Shown here: piece after piece, positions 1 to 7,914 of the stretch
How the letters are laid out: each line of letters starts with the position of its first letter
Position numbering within the stretch: position 1 is the first letter of the stretch
Source: a virus
Lineage: Duplodnaviria > Caudoviricetes
Direction: 5' to 3' (one strand)
Length of the DNA stretch: 63,083 nucleotides
Virus record (IMG/VR): IMGVR_UViG_3300030376_004411
Coordinates: 1 to 63,083 of that record
Made by a program: the position numbers and the translations under genes
The notes under the pieces: model-generated
Told to the model about the DNA's origin: nothing
The model's input: only the letters and a program-made list of their open reading frames with translations
Databases searched by the model: none

Positions 1-23
1 CCCACCCCGCCACAGCTAAACAA

Positions 24-134
24 TCTCATCGCAGCAAAATATTCTCATCGCAGCAAAGATAGCGGGGGGCCCGGCACAACGCTGTGCTGCGTCGCAAGGT
101 TTCTCACAGCAGAACACCTTTCTCACGGCAAAAC
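24..134. repeat. Paired TCTCA-core direct repeats
   Basis: TCTCATCGCAGCAAA at 24 and 43; TTTCTCACAGCAGAAC at 100 and TTTCTCACGGCAAAAC at 119; both pairs 19 nt apart. Confidence 0.75.
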
Positions 135-204
135 GTATTGCTCAGAGCAATTCTCATTTGCTGCAGCAAAGCCCATTCACCCCGCAAACCCCGCAAAATA
201 TTGC

Positions 205-232
205 GAGCAGTTTTTTAAGACTTGCTCAGGTC
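205..232 (-). other. Compact H-type pseudoknot motif, copy 1
   Basis: Minus strand GAC-CT-GAGCA-A-GTC-TTAAAAAAC-TGCTC; GAC/GTC and GAGCA/TGCTC pairings; related copy at 62331-62356. Confidence 0.5.
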
Positions 233-272
233 TCACGCAGTCAGCTCGGATATCCCCAACCGAGCGTTTAGC

Positions 273-557
273 TTACGGCAGGGATTTGTCGATTGCTGGT
301 TGTCTGTAGTCTTTCAGTTGTAAAGACATTACGGCGTTCATATGATTGAGCTGGGTTTCAAGGACTATAATATCCTCAACCTTTTGCTCTAATCTCTTGA
401 CAAGGTGACCCACCCCCAGAGCGTGGTCAGCAGTGTCAGCGATTGCCTCAGTTATACGGCGTGTTTCAGCTTTGAGTTTTCTCAGAGCCATAGTCACCTT
501 TAGCCATTGCCAAAGGTCGTAGCTTGCTTCGATTTTATCCATTTGTCTTTGTGGCAT
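273..557 (-). CDS. Hypothetical coiled-coil protein (early region)
   Basis: 94-aa ORF on the same strand as neighbours; GAGGAG upstream. Confidence 0.55.
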   Translation of the reverse strand: MPQRQMDKIEASYDLWQWLKVTMALRKLKAETRRITEAIADTADHALGVGHLVKRLEQKVEDIIVLETQLNHMNAVMSLQLKDYRQPAIDKSLP

Positions 558-691
558 AAATGTATACAGCAGGTCACTCCTCTGTGGGTCATTGTGATTT
601 ACTGCTGTGCCCCACTCCCGCTAAGTCTGTTTAACCCCCACTTAGCGGGCTAGGGTCTTCTGCGTATATTATCGGGGATACGTTCCTAAGT

Positions 692-1069
692 TTACTCTTG
701 TAACAGAGCGACTAAATCGGCCTTTTCTTCAGCAGTTAAACTTTTAGCATCGTTTTTCAACTTTGCCTTGAGCTTTTCTACTTGAGTCAAAGGACCCATA
801 GCTTTTGATAACCGGATTCTCCAGCAGCTAAAGAAGTCTCTAGCTATCTGTGCCTCGGCGCTTTTAGTCTTGGACTCGGCAAGGCGAGCTAACTCAAAGA
901 GAGTTTTGCCACCTTGGACTCGTAGACCACGCTTTGACGGGTTATCAACCCCTAGGGCTCGCATTACGGCGGGCCAATCGTCGTTCAGTATACGTAAGTA
1001 GGCATACTTAGGTCCGTCTTCTGTAGAAGACATATTTGCGTATGTTCTTAAGTTACTTGCGATGTTCAC
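692..1069 (-). CDS. Hypothetical protein
   Basis: 125-aa ORF with a TATA-like element near 1100-1110 on the minus strand. Confidence 0.65.
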   Translation of the reverse strand: MNIASNLRTYANMSSTEDGPKYAYLRILNDDWPAVMRALGVDNPSKRGLRVQGGKTLFELARLAESKTKSAEAQIARDFFSCWRIRLSKAMGPLTQVEKLKAKLKNDAKSLTAEEKADLVALLQE

Positions 1070-1234
1070 TTAAGAAGTAATAATTAGAAGGTTTGGTCAT
1101 ATATATAATTTATGCCGTAGCAATTCACTAATAAAATGGCGTTTTGTCGACGATAGAACATACAAAATCACTGTATACCCCCCGTGTAAAAAAATAGTGC
1201 CACTATGCACATATATTCATCCACCCCCTTAAAC

Positions 1235-1285
1235 AAATCGGGGTAAATTTTGAACCTAAAAAAAATCGGGGACATATTTTGAGCC
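1235..1285. repeat. Imperfect direct repeat in non-coding DNA
   Basis: AAATCGGGGTAAATTTTGAACC (1235-1256) and AAATCGGGGACATATTTTGAGCC (1263-1285). Confidence 0.6.
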
Positions 1286-1316
1286 CAGTCCCCTTGGGCT
1301 TAATGAAAGAAAGAAA

Positions 1317-1745
1317 CTATTTAGTTTCGTCTAGGGCAGATTTGATTTTGCCTTTGACTAAACCTTTTAGTTCATCGTCTTTTTCATCCCAAGCTGTTAG
1401 AACAACATTCCTTAGAAGGTCGTCTTTGACTTGAGTCTTGAGTGTTTCATCAAGTTTTTCGTAGGCCTTTTGTTGGGCCTTTGTTAGATTTTCTTCCAAC
1501 AGTGCTTCGATTTGAGCATCGTACTGTTTAAGGTACTTGTTCAAAACTGGCATTAGTGCGGCTTTTACAGCTGGGTTCGTATAACATACGAAAGCAACTA
1601 AAGCTGCGACTGCTGCCAATAGTGCGAGGACCATTGGTTCTTCTAACAAACCTGTTTCCTCAACGACACTAAGAATATCTGCGGTACTGTTACCGGCAGT
1701 TTCATTAGTTGCAGTTGAGTTATTGTCTGCTGTTGTATTATTCAT
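1317..1745 (-). CDS. Single-pass membrane protein with sequon-rich N-terminus
   Basis: Six N-x-S/T sequons in the first 21 aa, hydrophobic helix VLALLAAVAALVAFVCY, helical tail; GAGGT SD. Confidence 0.8.
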   Translation of the reverse strand: MNNTTADNNSTATNETAGNSTADILSVVEETGLLEEPMVLALLAAVAALVAFVCYTNPAVKAALMPVLNKYLKQYDAQIEALLEENLTKAQQKAYEKLDETLKTQVKDDLLRNVVLTAWDEKDDELKGLVKGKIKSALDETK

Positions 1746-1789
1746 TTTTCTACCTCGAGGTGGGTGCCATTGTGGTCACCCGTTAATAA

Positions 1790-2740
1790 TTACTTTTTCT
1801 TGCTATATATACCTTTTGGTTTACAGGGCTTTTTATAAAAGGCACACCATTTACAGAGGGTTTGTGGCACCATTTCATACTGCTCAACGTCGTCCCCCCT
1901 TTTTTTAATTTCGTTGTGTATGCCTTTGATAAGCTCCCGCGCTTCTCGAAGGTTTTCATCATTGATTGCTACGAACATTATGTCGTCATATCGTAACCAG
2001 TCGATACCTGCAAACTTTGGTACAACGCCGGTTTCTTCATAATACATCAGTGCGTATATGATAAGCTGGCGGTAATATTCTTCGGGGAGCCAATGTCCGT
2101 ACCTTTTACTAGTTTTGTAGTCTACAATCGAGATATTATCTTCGAAATCTTTTGCGACTACATCTACAATACCGCGAATAGACAATTCTTTGTTATGTAT
2201 ACGCATTTCAGCAAAGTGTGGACGGAGTTGTTTCAACGCCATATCCTTTGTCCTAGCGACTTTCCAGTCAACTAGTTCATACAGTTTCTTTTCGATACGG
2301 TGACAAAAGTTTACAAGTAAATCAATTGTTTCCCTTTCCATTACATCTGCGTCAATCTTTGGGTCTTGAAATAACCAAGGCATTTTTTCTTTACGTGCTT
2401 CCCATTGTTGGCGAAATTCTAGGATAGCCCATTCTTGGGGCTCCCCGTTTCTCCACTGACTTGGATATTTGTATTCTACATCGAATATTCGTTCAAGTAT
2501 ATCGTGTACAATGGTACCCCGAAAAAGGTGTAACGTTAACTTGTCAGGTAGTTTCTCGATATACCTATGGTAAAAATTTCGGGGGCACTGAAGGAAGGTG
2601 TTAATTTTCGAAGGCGATAACGGTAGGTTACTCGGACTCCAATCATCAACCTCAACTTCAGTATTTTGGTCACCGATATTTACGGTGAAAGATGCGCTAT
2701 TATGTGCGAATTCTTTTTCTGTCATATTTGTTTGAGGCAT
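1790..2740 (-). CDS. Cas4/RecB-like PD-(D/E)xK exonuclease
   Basis: LSPSKINTFLQCPR, RGIVDVV, IVDYKTSK, QLxxYA and C-terminal CKWC-x5-C Fe-S pattern. Confidence 0.9.
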   Translation of the reverse strand: MPQTNMTEKEFAHNSASFTVNIGDQNTEVEVDDWSPSNLPLSPSKINTFLQCPRNFYHRYIEKLPDKLTLHLFRGTIVHDILERIFDVEYKYPSQWRNGEPQEWAILEFRQQWEARKEKMPWLFQDPKIDADVMERETIDLLVNFCHRIEKKLYELVDWKVARTKDMALKQLRPHFAEMRIHNKELSIRGIVDVVAKDFEDNISIVDYKTSKRYGHWLPEEYYRQLIIYALMYYEETGVVPKFAGIDWLRYDDIMFVAINDENLREARELIKGIHNEIKKRGDDVEQYEMVPQTLCKWCAFYKKPCKPKGIYSKKK

Positions 2741-2840
2741 CAGAGCTATATAAAGTTATCTAAACATATGTATAGCCAGCAATTGTTTATAGCATCTATG
2801 CTATATAGTATATGTATAATAGAGCTATAGTTTATTATTG

Positions 2841-2856
2841 ACAAAGTCTTTATATA
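2841..2856 (+). promoter_or_regulatory. Archaeal BRE/TATA promoter, probably leaderless
   Basis: ACAAAG..TTTATATA ending 22 nt before ATG 2879. Confidence 0.65.
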
Positions 2857-2878
2857 TCTTCTTGAGCAAATAAATTGT

Positions 2879-3832
2879 ATGGGTCAAAATGATTATGGTG
2901 CAATTAATGTTATTTCCGACGAAGAAAGGGAGGCTTTAGGTTTGAGTGGCCCTTCTAGACCTGACGAAGAGGAAGGTGTATTCGAACAGATTGGTAAAAC
3001 AGCTGATAAAATCGGGGAGACAAAACTAGGCCAAAAGATAGGTTCAATACTTACTGTGTTTATACTCGCGATGTTTGGTAGTGGTAATGTTGACCTTGGT
3101 CAGTTTAGTGATATATGGGGTGACGAGGATGAACCGGCAATAAAGGGAGGATGCACAGACCCTACTGCAATAAATTACAAAGCTGATGCAGACTTTGACA
3201 ACGGCAGTTGTGTATTTCCCCCGCCAGTTATCTACGGATGTACTAATCCGGAAGCCGACAACTATAACTCGGCGGCTACCCACGACAATGGACGATGTCA
3301 GTTTTTAGGTGGACCAGTTGATAACGGAACCCACAATGAAACACAAACGAATGAGACTGTTTACGGATGTATGGATTTCGACGCATTGAACTATAATGAC
3401 CGTGCAGAAGAGGATGACGGGTCTTGTGAATACGAGGAGTACGATTGTACACCTAACTCAACTTATTTTTATGATGGATTAGAATACGGAAACTATTCTA
3501 GAGAATATAACACTTTGAATATTACTGTGGATATTGATACAGACTGTGACCAAGAGGCACTGCCCGTGATGGTAGGGTATGACGTAGGACATATCAAAGT
3601 GGTAGACAACGAAACCGTGTGGAACGGTTATATGTGGAACGATTACTTTTTCAATGTCACAGGTTGGGAAGGTAATGAGTACAATCTTACATCCGGCCCA
3701 GAATGGTTTACTGAACCATACACTGGGTGGTATATGATGTATGTCAATTTGTATGCAGACTGGGGAAGAAACGGTACTTACGAATATGTAGATTATTTCT
3801 TAATAAATAATATTGTATTGGAGGAGGAATGA
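2879..3832 (+). CDS. Membrane-anchored acidic protein with GCTD/GCMD-xxA-xNY repeats
   Basis: Hydrophobic segment IGSILTVFILAMFG; three repeats GCTDPTAINY..DNGSC, GCTNPEADNY..DNGRC, GCMDFDALNY..DDGSC; many sequons. Confidence 0.8.
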   Translation: MGQNDYGAINVISDEEREALGLSGPSRPDEEEGVFEQIGKTADKIGETKLGQKIGSILTVFILAMFGSGNVDLGQFSDIWGDEDEPAIKGGCTDPTAINYKADADFDNGSCVFPPPVIYGCTNPEADNYNSAATHDNGRCQFLGGPVDNGTHNETQTNETVYGCMDFDALNYNDRAEEDDGSCEYEEYDCTPNSTYFYDGLEYGNYSREYNTLNITVDIDTDCDQEALPVMVGYDVGHIKVVDNETVWNGYMWNDYFFNVTGWEGNEYNLTSGPEWFTEPYTGWYMMYVNLYADWGRNGTYEYVDYFLINNIVLEEE

Positions 3833-4368
3833 CGTGGTTAGTGATACTAGAGATGTTAGCTGTGATAATGGCTACAATATCTATTATATTTGCAGTAATG
3901 ATGCTTTTAACATTTTTACTAAAGTTGATACCAAGAAAATCACAACAAAAAGTAAAAGAAGTGAAGGAGATTAAAGAACAGCCAAAAAGGAGGACTAAAA
4001 AGATGAGTAAAGATACAGCAAGCGAGGGGATAACGTTTAACGACATATTTATGTTTATGATAGCAGTGCCTTTGGTTTTACTCTGGGTTGGTTTTGCAGG
4101 TTTCGTTATACACAGCGGTTTGCAAGACGATTCTGTTCTTGAGCAAATTGAAGGGTATACAACTTTGATAGCTATATTAGGTGGGCCAGCCCTTCTAATT
4201 ATCAAAGACGCCTTAGATGTTTGGAAACAAGAACAAGCAGAGAAAACCGCATTTTACAAAATGAAAGCACAGTCAGTTATAGATTATAATGCAAAAGCCC
4301 AAGAGCAAGCACAAATGATTGAAGCTAAAGACCAAGAGCAAGAACATAAAATGCAAATGAAGAAATGA
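3829..4368 (+). CDS. Multi-pass membrane protein
   Basis: Three hydrophobic segments; ATGA overlap with upstream gene; internal GGAGG-ATG start near 4003 also possible. Confidence 0.75.
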   Translation: MTWLVILEMLAVIMATISIIFAVMMLLTFLLKLIPRKSQQKVKEVKEIKEQPKRRTKKMSKDTASEGITFNDIFMFMIAVPLVLLWVGFAGFVIHSGLQDDSVLEQIEGYTTLIAILGGPALLIIKDALDVWKQEQAEKTAFYKMKAQSVIDYNAKAQEQAQMIEAKDQEQEHKMQMKK

Positions 4369-4404
4369 CCGAAACATTTATATGTTACAATCGCATAATT
4401 AAAA

Positions 4405-4647
4405 ATGGTGACTAATATGGTCAAATGTGAATATACTATGTGCGGAGTTGATACTCCGTTAGAAGACTTAAATCGCGTACATCACTGGCCTTGCTGCGCA
4501 AGAGAGATTACAGACCCAGTTTTACACAGTAAGATAGCTGCTAATCTAGAATCCAAAGCAAAACCAGTTGTAGAAGAAAAACCAAAGCCAAAAGCAAAAG
4601 CACCAGCTAAGAAAAAGGCTGCAAAAAAGGAGAAGAGTAAAAAATGA
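4405..4647 (+). CDS. Small protein with Cys/His N-terminus and Lys/Ala/Pro tail
   Basis: 80-aa ORF downstream of TATA box GAAACATTTATATG (4371-4384). Confidence 0.65.
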   Translation: MVTNMVKCEYTMCGVDTPLEDLNRVHHWPCCAREITDPVLHSKIAANLESKAKPVVEEKPKPKAKAPAKKKAAKKEKSKK

Positions 4648-4769
4648 ACGATTTCGAAATGGAAGAGTTAAGCAAGCAAGTCAAAGGACTTCACGAATTA
4701 TTAGAAGTCTTGATGGCTAACTGTTTAGAAGATGAAGTTGATTTAGATGGCGCCAAAGAAGAAGAGTAA
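4644..4769 (+). CDS. Small acidic protein (41 aa, not in ORF track)
   Basis: ATGA overlap; MNDFEMEELSKQVKGLHELLEVLMANCLEDEVDLDGAKEEE. Confidence 0.55.
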   Translation: MNDFEMEELSKQVKGLHELLEVLMANCLEDEVDLDGAKEEE

Positions 4770-4935
4770 ATCTAGAGTCAACGAGGCAGGTAACTATACT
4801 ATGCCTAGTATGAGAAGAAGATTATTCTTACGAATCAAAGCTGGTAGTAAAGGTGGAGCACCCGGGCAATGGTCTGCTCGAAAAGCTCAAATGTTAGCTA
4901 AACAATATAAATCAAAAGGTGGAGGATACAAATAA
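4747..4935 (+). CDS. Small basic protein, DUF5872-like N-terminal part
   Basis: Motif GSKGGAPGQWSARKAQMLAKQYKSKGGGY. Confidence 0.75.
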   Translation: MAPKKKSKSRVNEAGNYTMPSMRRRLFLRIKAGSKGGAPGQWSARKAQMLAKQYKSKGGGYK

Positions 4936-5102
4936 TGCCACACACACCAAACCACAGATATAAGATGTCAGGTAAAAAGGTTAAAGTTGATAAAAACGGT
5001 AAAGAGTTAACGCCTAGACAAAAGAAAATAGCAAGTCTAGCACCACCTCGCAATAAAATAACCGGGGCTGATTTTAGAGCTTTGAGAAAAAGGAGAAAGT
5101 GA
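4935..5102 (+). CDS. Small basic protein (55 aa, not in ORF track)
   Basis: TAATG and TGATG coupling; LTPRQKKIASLAPPRNKITGADFRALRKRRK. Confidence 0.7.
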   Translation: MPHTPNHRYKMSGKKVKVDKNGKELTPRQKKIASLAPPRNKITGADFRALRKRRK

Positions 5103-5353
5103 TGTCTTCTCGTATGAAAAAATCACAAAAGTCACTAAAAAAGTGGACAGACGAAGATTGGGGTTATGTTACTAAAGGTGACGGAAAGAAACCTAAATCT
5201 AAACGAGGTCGATATTTACCAAAAAGAGTTAGGTCAGGATTAACAAAAAGCCAGAAGGCAGCTACTAATCGTAAGAAACGTAAAGCTGGAGGAGTAGGTA
5301 GCCGGGCTAAATATTCTAAGAAAATTAGAAAAGCAGTAAGGGGGTCGAGATAA
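5102..5353 (+). CDS. Small basic protein, DUF5872-like C-terminal part
   Basis: SQKSLKKWTDEDW..RYLPK..LTKSQKAATNRKKR; TGATG-coupled start. Confidence 0.7.
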   Translation: MSSRMKKSQKSLKKWTDEDWGYVTKGDGKKPKSKRGRYLPKRVRSGLTKSQKAATNRKKRKAGGVGSRAKYSKKIRKAVRGSR

Positions 5354-5418
5354 TGGTATACAAAAAGAAACCGATGAAAAAGAAAATGCCTAGGAAGAAA
5401 TCCGCAAGGAGATATTAG
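5353..5418 (+). CDS. 21-aa Lys/Arg-rich micropeptide
   Basis: TAATG coupling; MVYKKKPMKKKMPRKKSARRY fills the gap to the next gene. Confidence 0.55.
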   Translation: MVYKKKPMKKKMPRKKSARRY

Positions 5419-5419
5419 T

Positions 5420-5602
5420 ATGGTAGCAAAGAAAGTCAAGGGTGTTGACGTTTCTAAATTAACAAAGAGACAACAAGACACACTAAAGAAACATTCAGTG
5501 CATCACACTAAGAAACATATGCAATTTATGGTAAACTCTATGAAAAGAGGTACTACGTTCACAAAGGCCCATAAAAACGCAATGAAAAAAGTAGGTAAAT
5601 AA
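5420..5602 (+). CDS. Small basic protein
   Basis: 60 aa, Lys/His rich; GGAG SD. Confidence 0.7.
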   Translation: MVAKKVKGVDVSKLTKRQQDTLKKHSVHHTKKHMQFMVNSMKRGTTFTKAHKNAMKKVGK

Positions 5603-5892
5603 TGCCAGCAAAAAAAGACCCTAAATTAACTAGAGCAGGAGTATCAGGTTACAATAAACCTAAAAGAACTCCTAATCATCCTAAAAAATCACACGTTGTG
5701 GTTGCTAAAGAAGGAACTAAAACTAAACTTATTAGATTTGGACAACAAGGAGTCCGAACAGCAGGCAAACCTAAGAAAGGTGAGTCTGCAAGACAAAAGG
5801 CAAGACGTAAATCATTCAAAGCACGTCACGCTAAAAATATAAAGAAAGGAAAAATGAGTGCAGCGTATTGGGCTAATAGAGTGAAATGGTAG
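5602..5892 (+). CDS. Small basic phage protein (DUF6321-like)
   Basis: NKPKRTPNHPKKSHVV..KLIRFGQQG..RRKSFKARH..SAAYWANRVKW. Confidence 0.75.
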   Translation: MPAKKDPKLTRAGVSGYNKPKRTPNHPKKSHVVVAKEGTKTKLIRFGQQGVRTAGKPKKGESARQKARRKSFKARHAKNIKKGKMSAAYWANRVKW

Positions 5893-6245
5893 AAGAATCA
5901 GTTCGAGAGTACGAAAGTAGACTCAGACAACGTGTTGGTGAAGGAGAATATGAACGTCATAAAGAACTTGTTATACTTCTGGCACGAAATCTTGCTATTG
6001 AAGACTTGCTTTGGCAAGAAATTCTTATATCTATTCGGGATGTTGACGCTCGAACAGAGTTATTGCGACAACGCAACACAATTGTTAAGGATATTCATAC
6101 TGAGTTCCGCGCTCTTAATATTGAAATACCTACATTGGTAGAACAAAAGACCGAAAATTTTATGAACTTCCTAGGAGATTTAGAAGAAGATGATACCAGT
6201 AAAGAACCAGAAAGAAATGAAAGCAGCTCTGACGGGTCAGAATAG
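5886..6245 (+). CDS. Putative terminase small subunit
   Basis: 119-aa helical protein overlapping the terminase large subunit; positional call. Confidence 0.5.
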   Translation: MVEESVREYESRLRQRVGEGEYERHKELVILLARNLAIEDLLWQEILISIRDVDARTELLRQRNTIVKDIHTEFRALNIEIPTLVEQKTENFMNFLGDLEEDDTSKEPERNESSSDGSE

Positions 6246-7869
6246 ATTTGACTCGCAAAATTTAGAGAAGTTTTTCGAAGAAATACGCAAACATCCTAAG
6301 AAAATGGAAAAGTTAGTGCGAACTTTCTGTGAAACGTACCTTTTAGATGCAAAACAACGTCCTTTACGTGTTAGACCACTACAAATGAAGATTATTGTAC
6401 AATCTTTGACATATCCTGATGGAAATTCTGAAAAACACCGTAAATTAGCTATATTAGCCCCAAGAGGTAGTGGTAAATCGTGGGCATTGTCAATTGCAGT
6501 CGTTATTTTTATGTTTTTTAAGAGATTCAGAGACCTTGTGTTCGTTTTAGCTCCCACAGAGGACCAAGCCGCCCTGATTTTCAATTATGTGTACAGACAT
6601 TTTAAAGATAATACATTTTTAGATTCCTTAGTAGATAATTATAAACTACATAACAAACCGCATATCAAAATGCGAGGCGGTACTATCTTGCGTCGGGCGC
6701 CGGTGGCGCCCTCCAATCAGGGACAATCTATTCGTGGGCAGCACCCAACACTTTTAATAGTTGACGAGTCACCTTTAATATCAGATGAGTTGTTCATCGA
6801 TAATGTAGAGCCAGCGATAGTCGCAAACAAAGCACCGTTTATCAATCTCGGTACTCCTAAAAGTAAGGAGAATCATATGTATCGATATTTATTTGATGAG
6901 GGGTATGCAGATACTTTCAGTCGTTTGCACTTTACTTGGAAAGATGCCATCATAAAAGGGGAAGCTTACAGTCCACCATATGATGAAGAAGATATGTTGA
7001 ATAAAATGTTAGAATGGGGAGAGGACTCCCTGCACTGGAAAACAGAATACGAATGTGAATTTGTGGAGAGTATATCTAATGTATTTACACCAACCGGACT
7101 ACGAGAGTGTTTTGATGACTACCAACTACTTACCCCCGAAAACGCTGACGAATCAGGAGAGACAGGTACAAATAATACTGTGGCTGTTGACATTGGGAAA
7201 TCTGTTAATTCTACTGTTATTAGTGTATGGAGGACTGAAAAAGGACCTGACAACAATATTGCACGATTATTATATTTGGAAGAAATCGGACCTAAGTCAG
7301 GGGGGCACGATATACCTTATCAAAGAAGTCGTATTATGGACGTCGCTGTTGATTTTAATGCGGCTCGCGTTATTATCGATGCTACAGGTATTGGAGGTGC
7401 TGTCGAACAAGAAATAAGAATGGCTTGTATACCATTGAGTATACATTTCATACCGTTCGTATTTACTGGAGGAGCTAAAGGCAGTAAAACATATGCTTAC
7501 AGGGATTTTGTATCTTTTGTTCAGCAGGGTCTTATCAAGGTACCTGACATCGAAAGACAAGAAGGAACCGCCAAAAAACTAATGTGGAAGTGGTATCGTG
7601 AACACGTAGACTTAGAATACGTTATGGATGCCTCTCAGAAAACAGAGAAAATATCTGCACCATCAAACAAACACGATGATTATTGTGATAGTAGTGTATT
7701 AGGTGTACACGCAGCTTTATCTATGTTACCAGCAGACAGTATGTTAGGTACAATCAATGTTAGAAAGCGTGGTACAAGAAAACCAGTAAGTAGATACGGC
7801 GGAGGCGGTATAACTACTAGCGGAAGACGTCGTTCAGCTCCAAAAAAGCGATTTATGCGTGGTATTTGA
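6190..7869 (+). CDS. terL: Terminase large subunit
   Basis: Walker A APRGSGKS, Walker B LLIVDES, LGTP motif, nuclease AVDIG..IDATGIG..HDDYCDS. Confidence 0.95.
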   Translation: MIPVKNQKEMKAALTGQNRFDSQNLEKFFEEIRKHPKKMEKLVRTFCETYLLDAKQRPLRVRPLQMKIIVQSLTYPDGNSEKHRKLAILAPRGSGKSWALSIAVVIFMFFKRFRDLVFVLAPTEDQAALIFNYVYRHFKDNTFLDSLVDNYKLHNKPHIKMRGGTILRRAPVAPSNQGQSIRGQHPTLLIVDESPLISDELFIDNVEPAIVANKAPFINLGTPKSKENHMYRYLFDEGYADTFSRLHFTWKDAIIKGEAYSPPYDEEDMLNKMLEWGEDSLHWKTEYECEFVESISNVFTPTGLRECFDDYQLLTPENADESGETGTNNTVAVDIGKSVNSTVISVWRTEKGPDNNIARLLYLEEIGPKSGGHDIPYQRSRIMDVAVDFNAARVIIDATGIGGAVEQEIRMACIPLSIHFIPFVFTGGAKGSKTYAYRDFVSFVQQGLIKVPDIERQEGTAKKLMWKWYREHVDLEYVMDASQKTEKISAPSNKHDDYCDSSVLGVHAALSMLPADSMLGTINVRKRGTRKPVSRYGGGGITTSGRRRSAPKKRFMRGI

Positions 7870-7870
7870 A

Positions 7871-7902
7871 CAAAATTTTATATACTAGCGAAACTTTATA
7901 TA
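7871..7902 (+). promoter_or_regulatory. Two tandem TATA boxes upstream of the portal gene
   Basis: TTTATATA at 7877 and 7895, each preceded by a purine-rich BRE-like run. Confidence 0.55.
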
Positions 7903-7914
7903 TTGTGATAGCAA

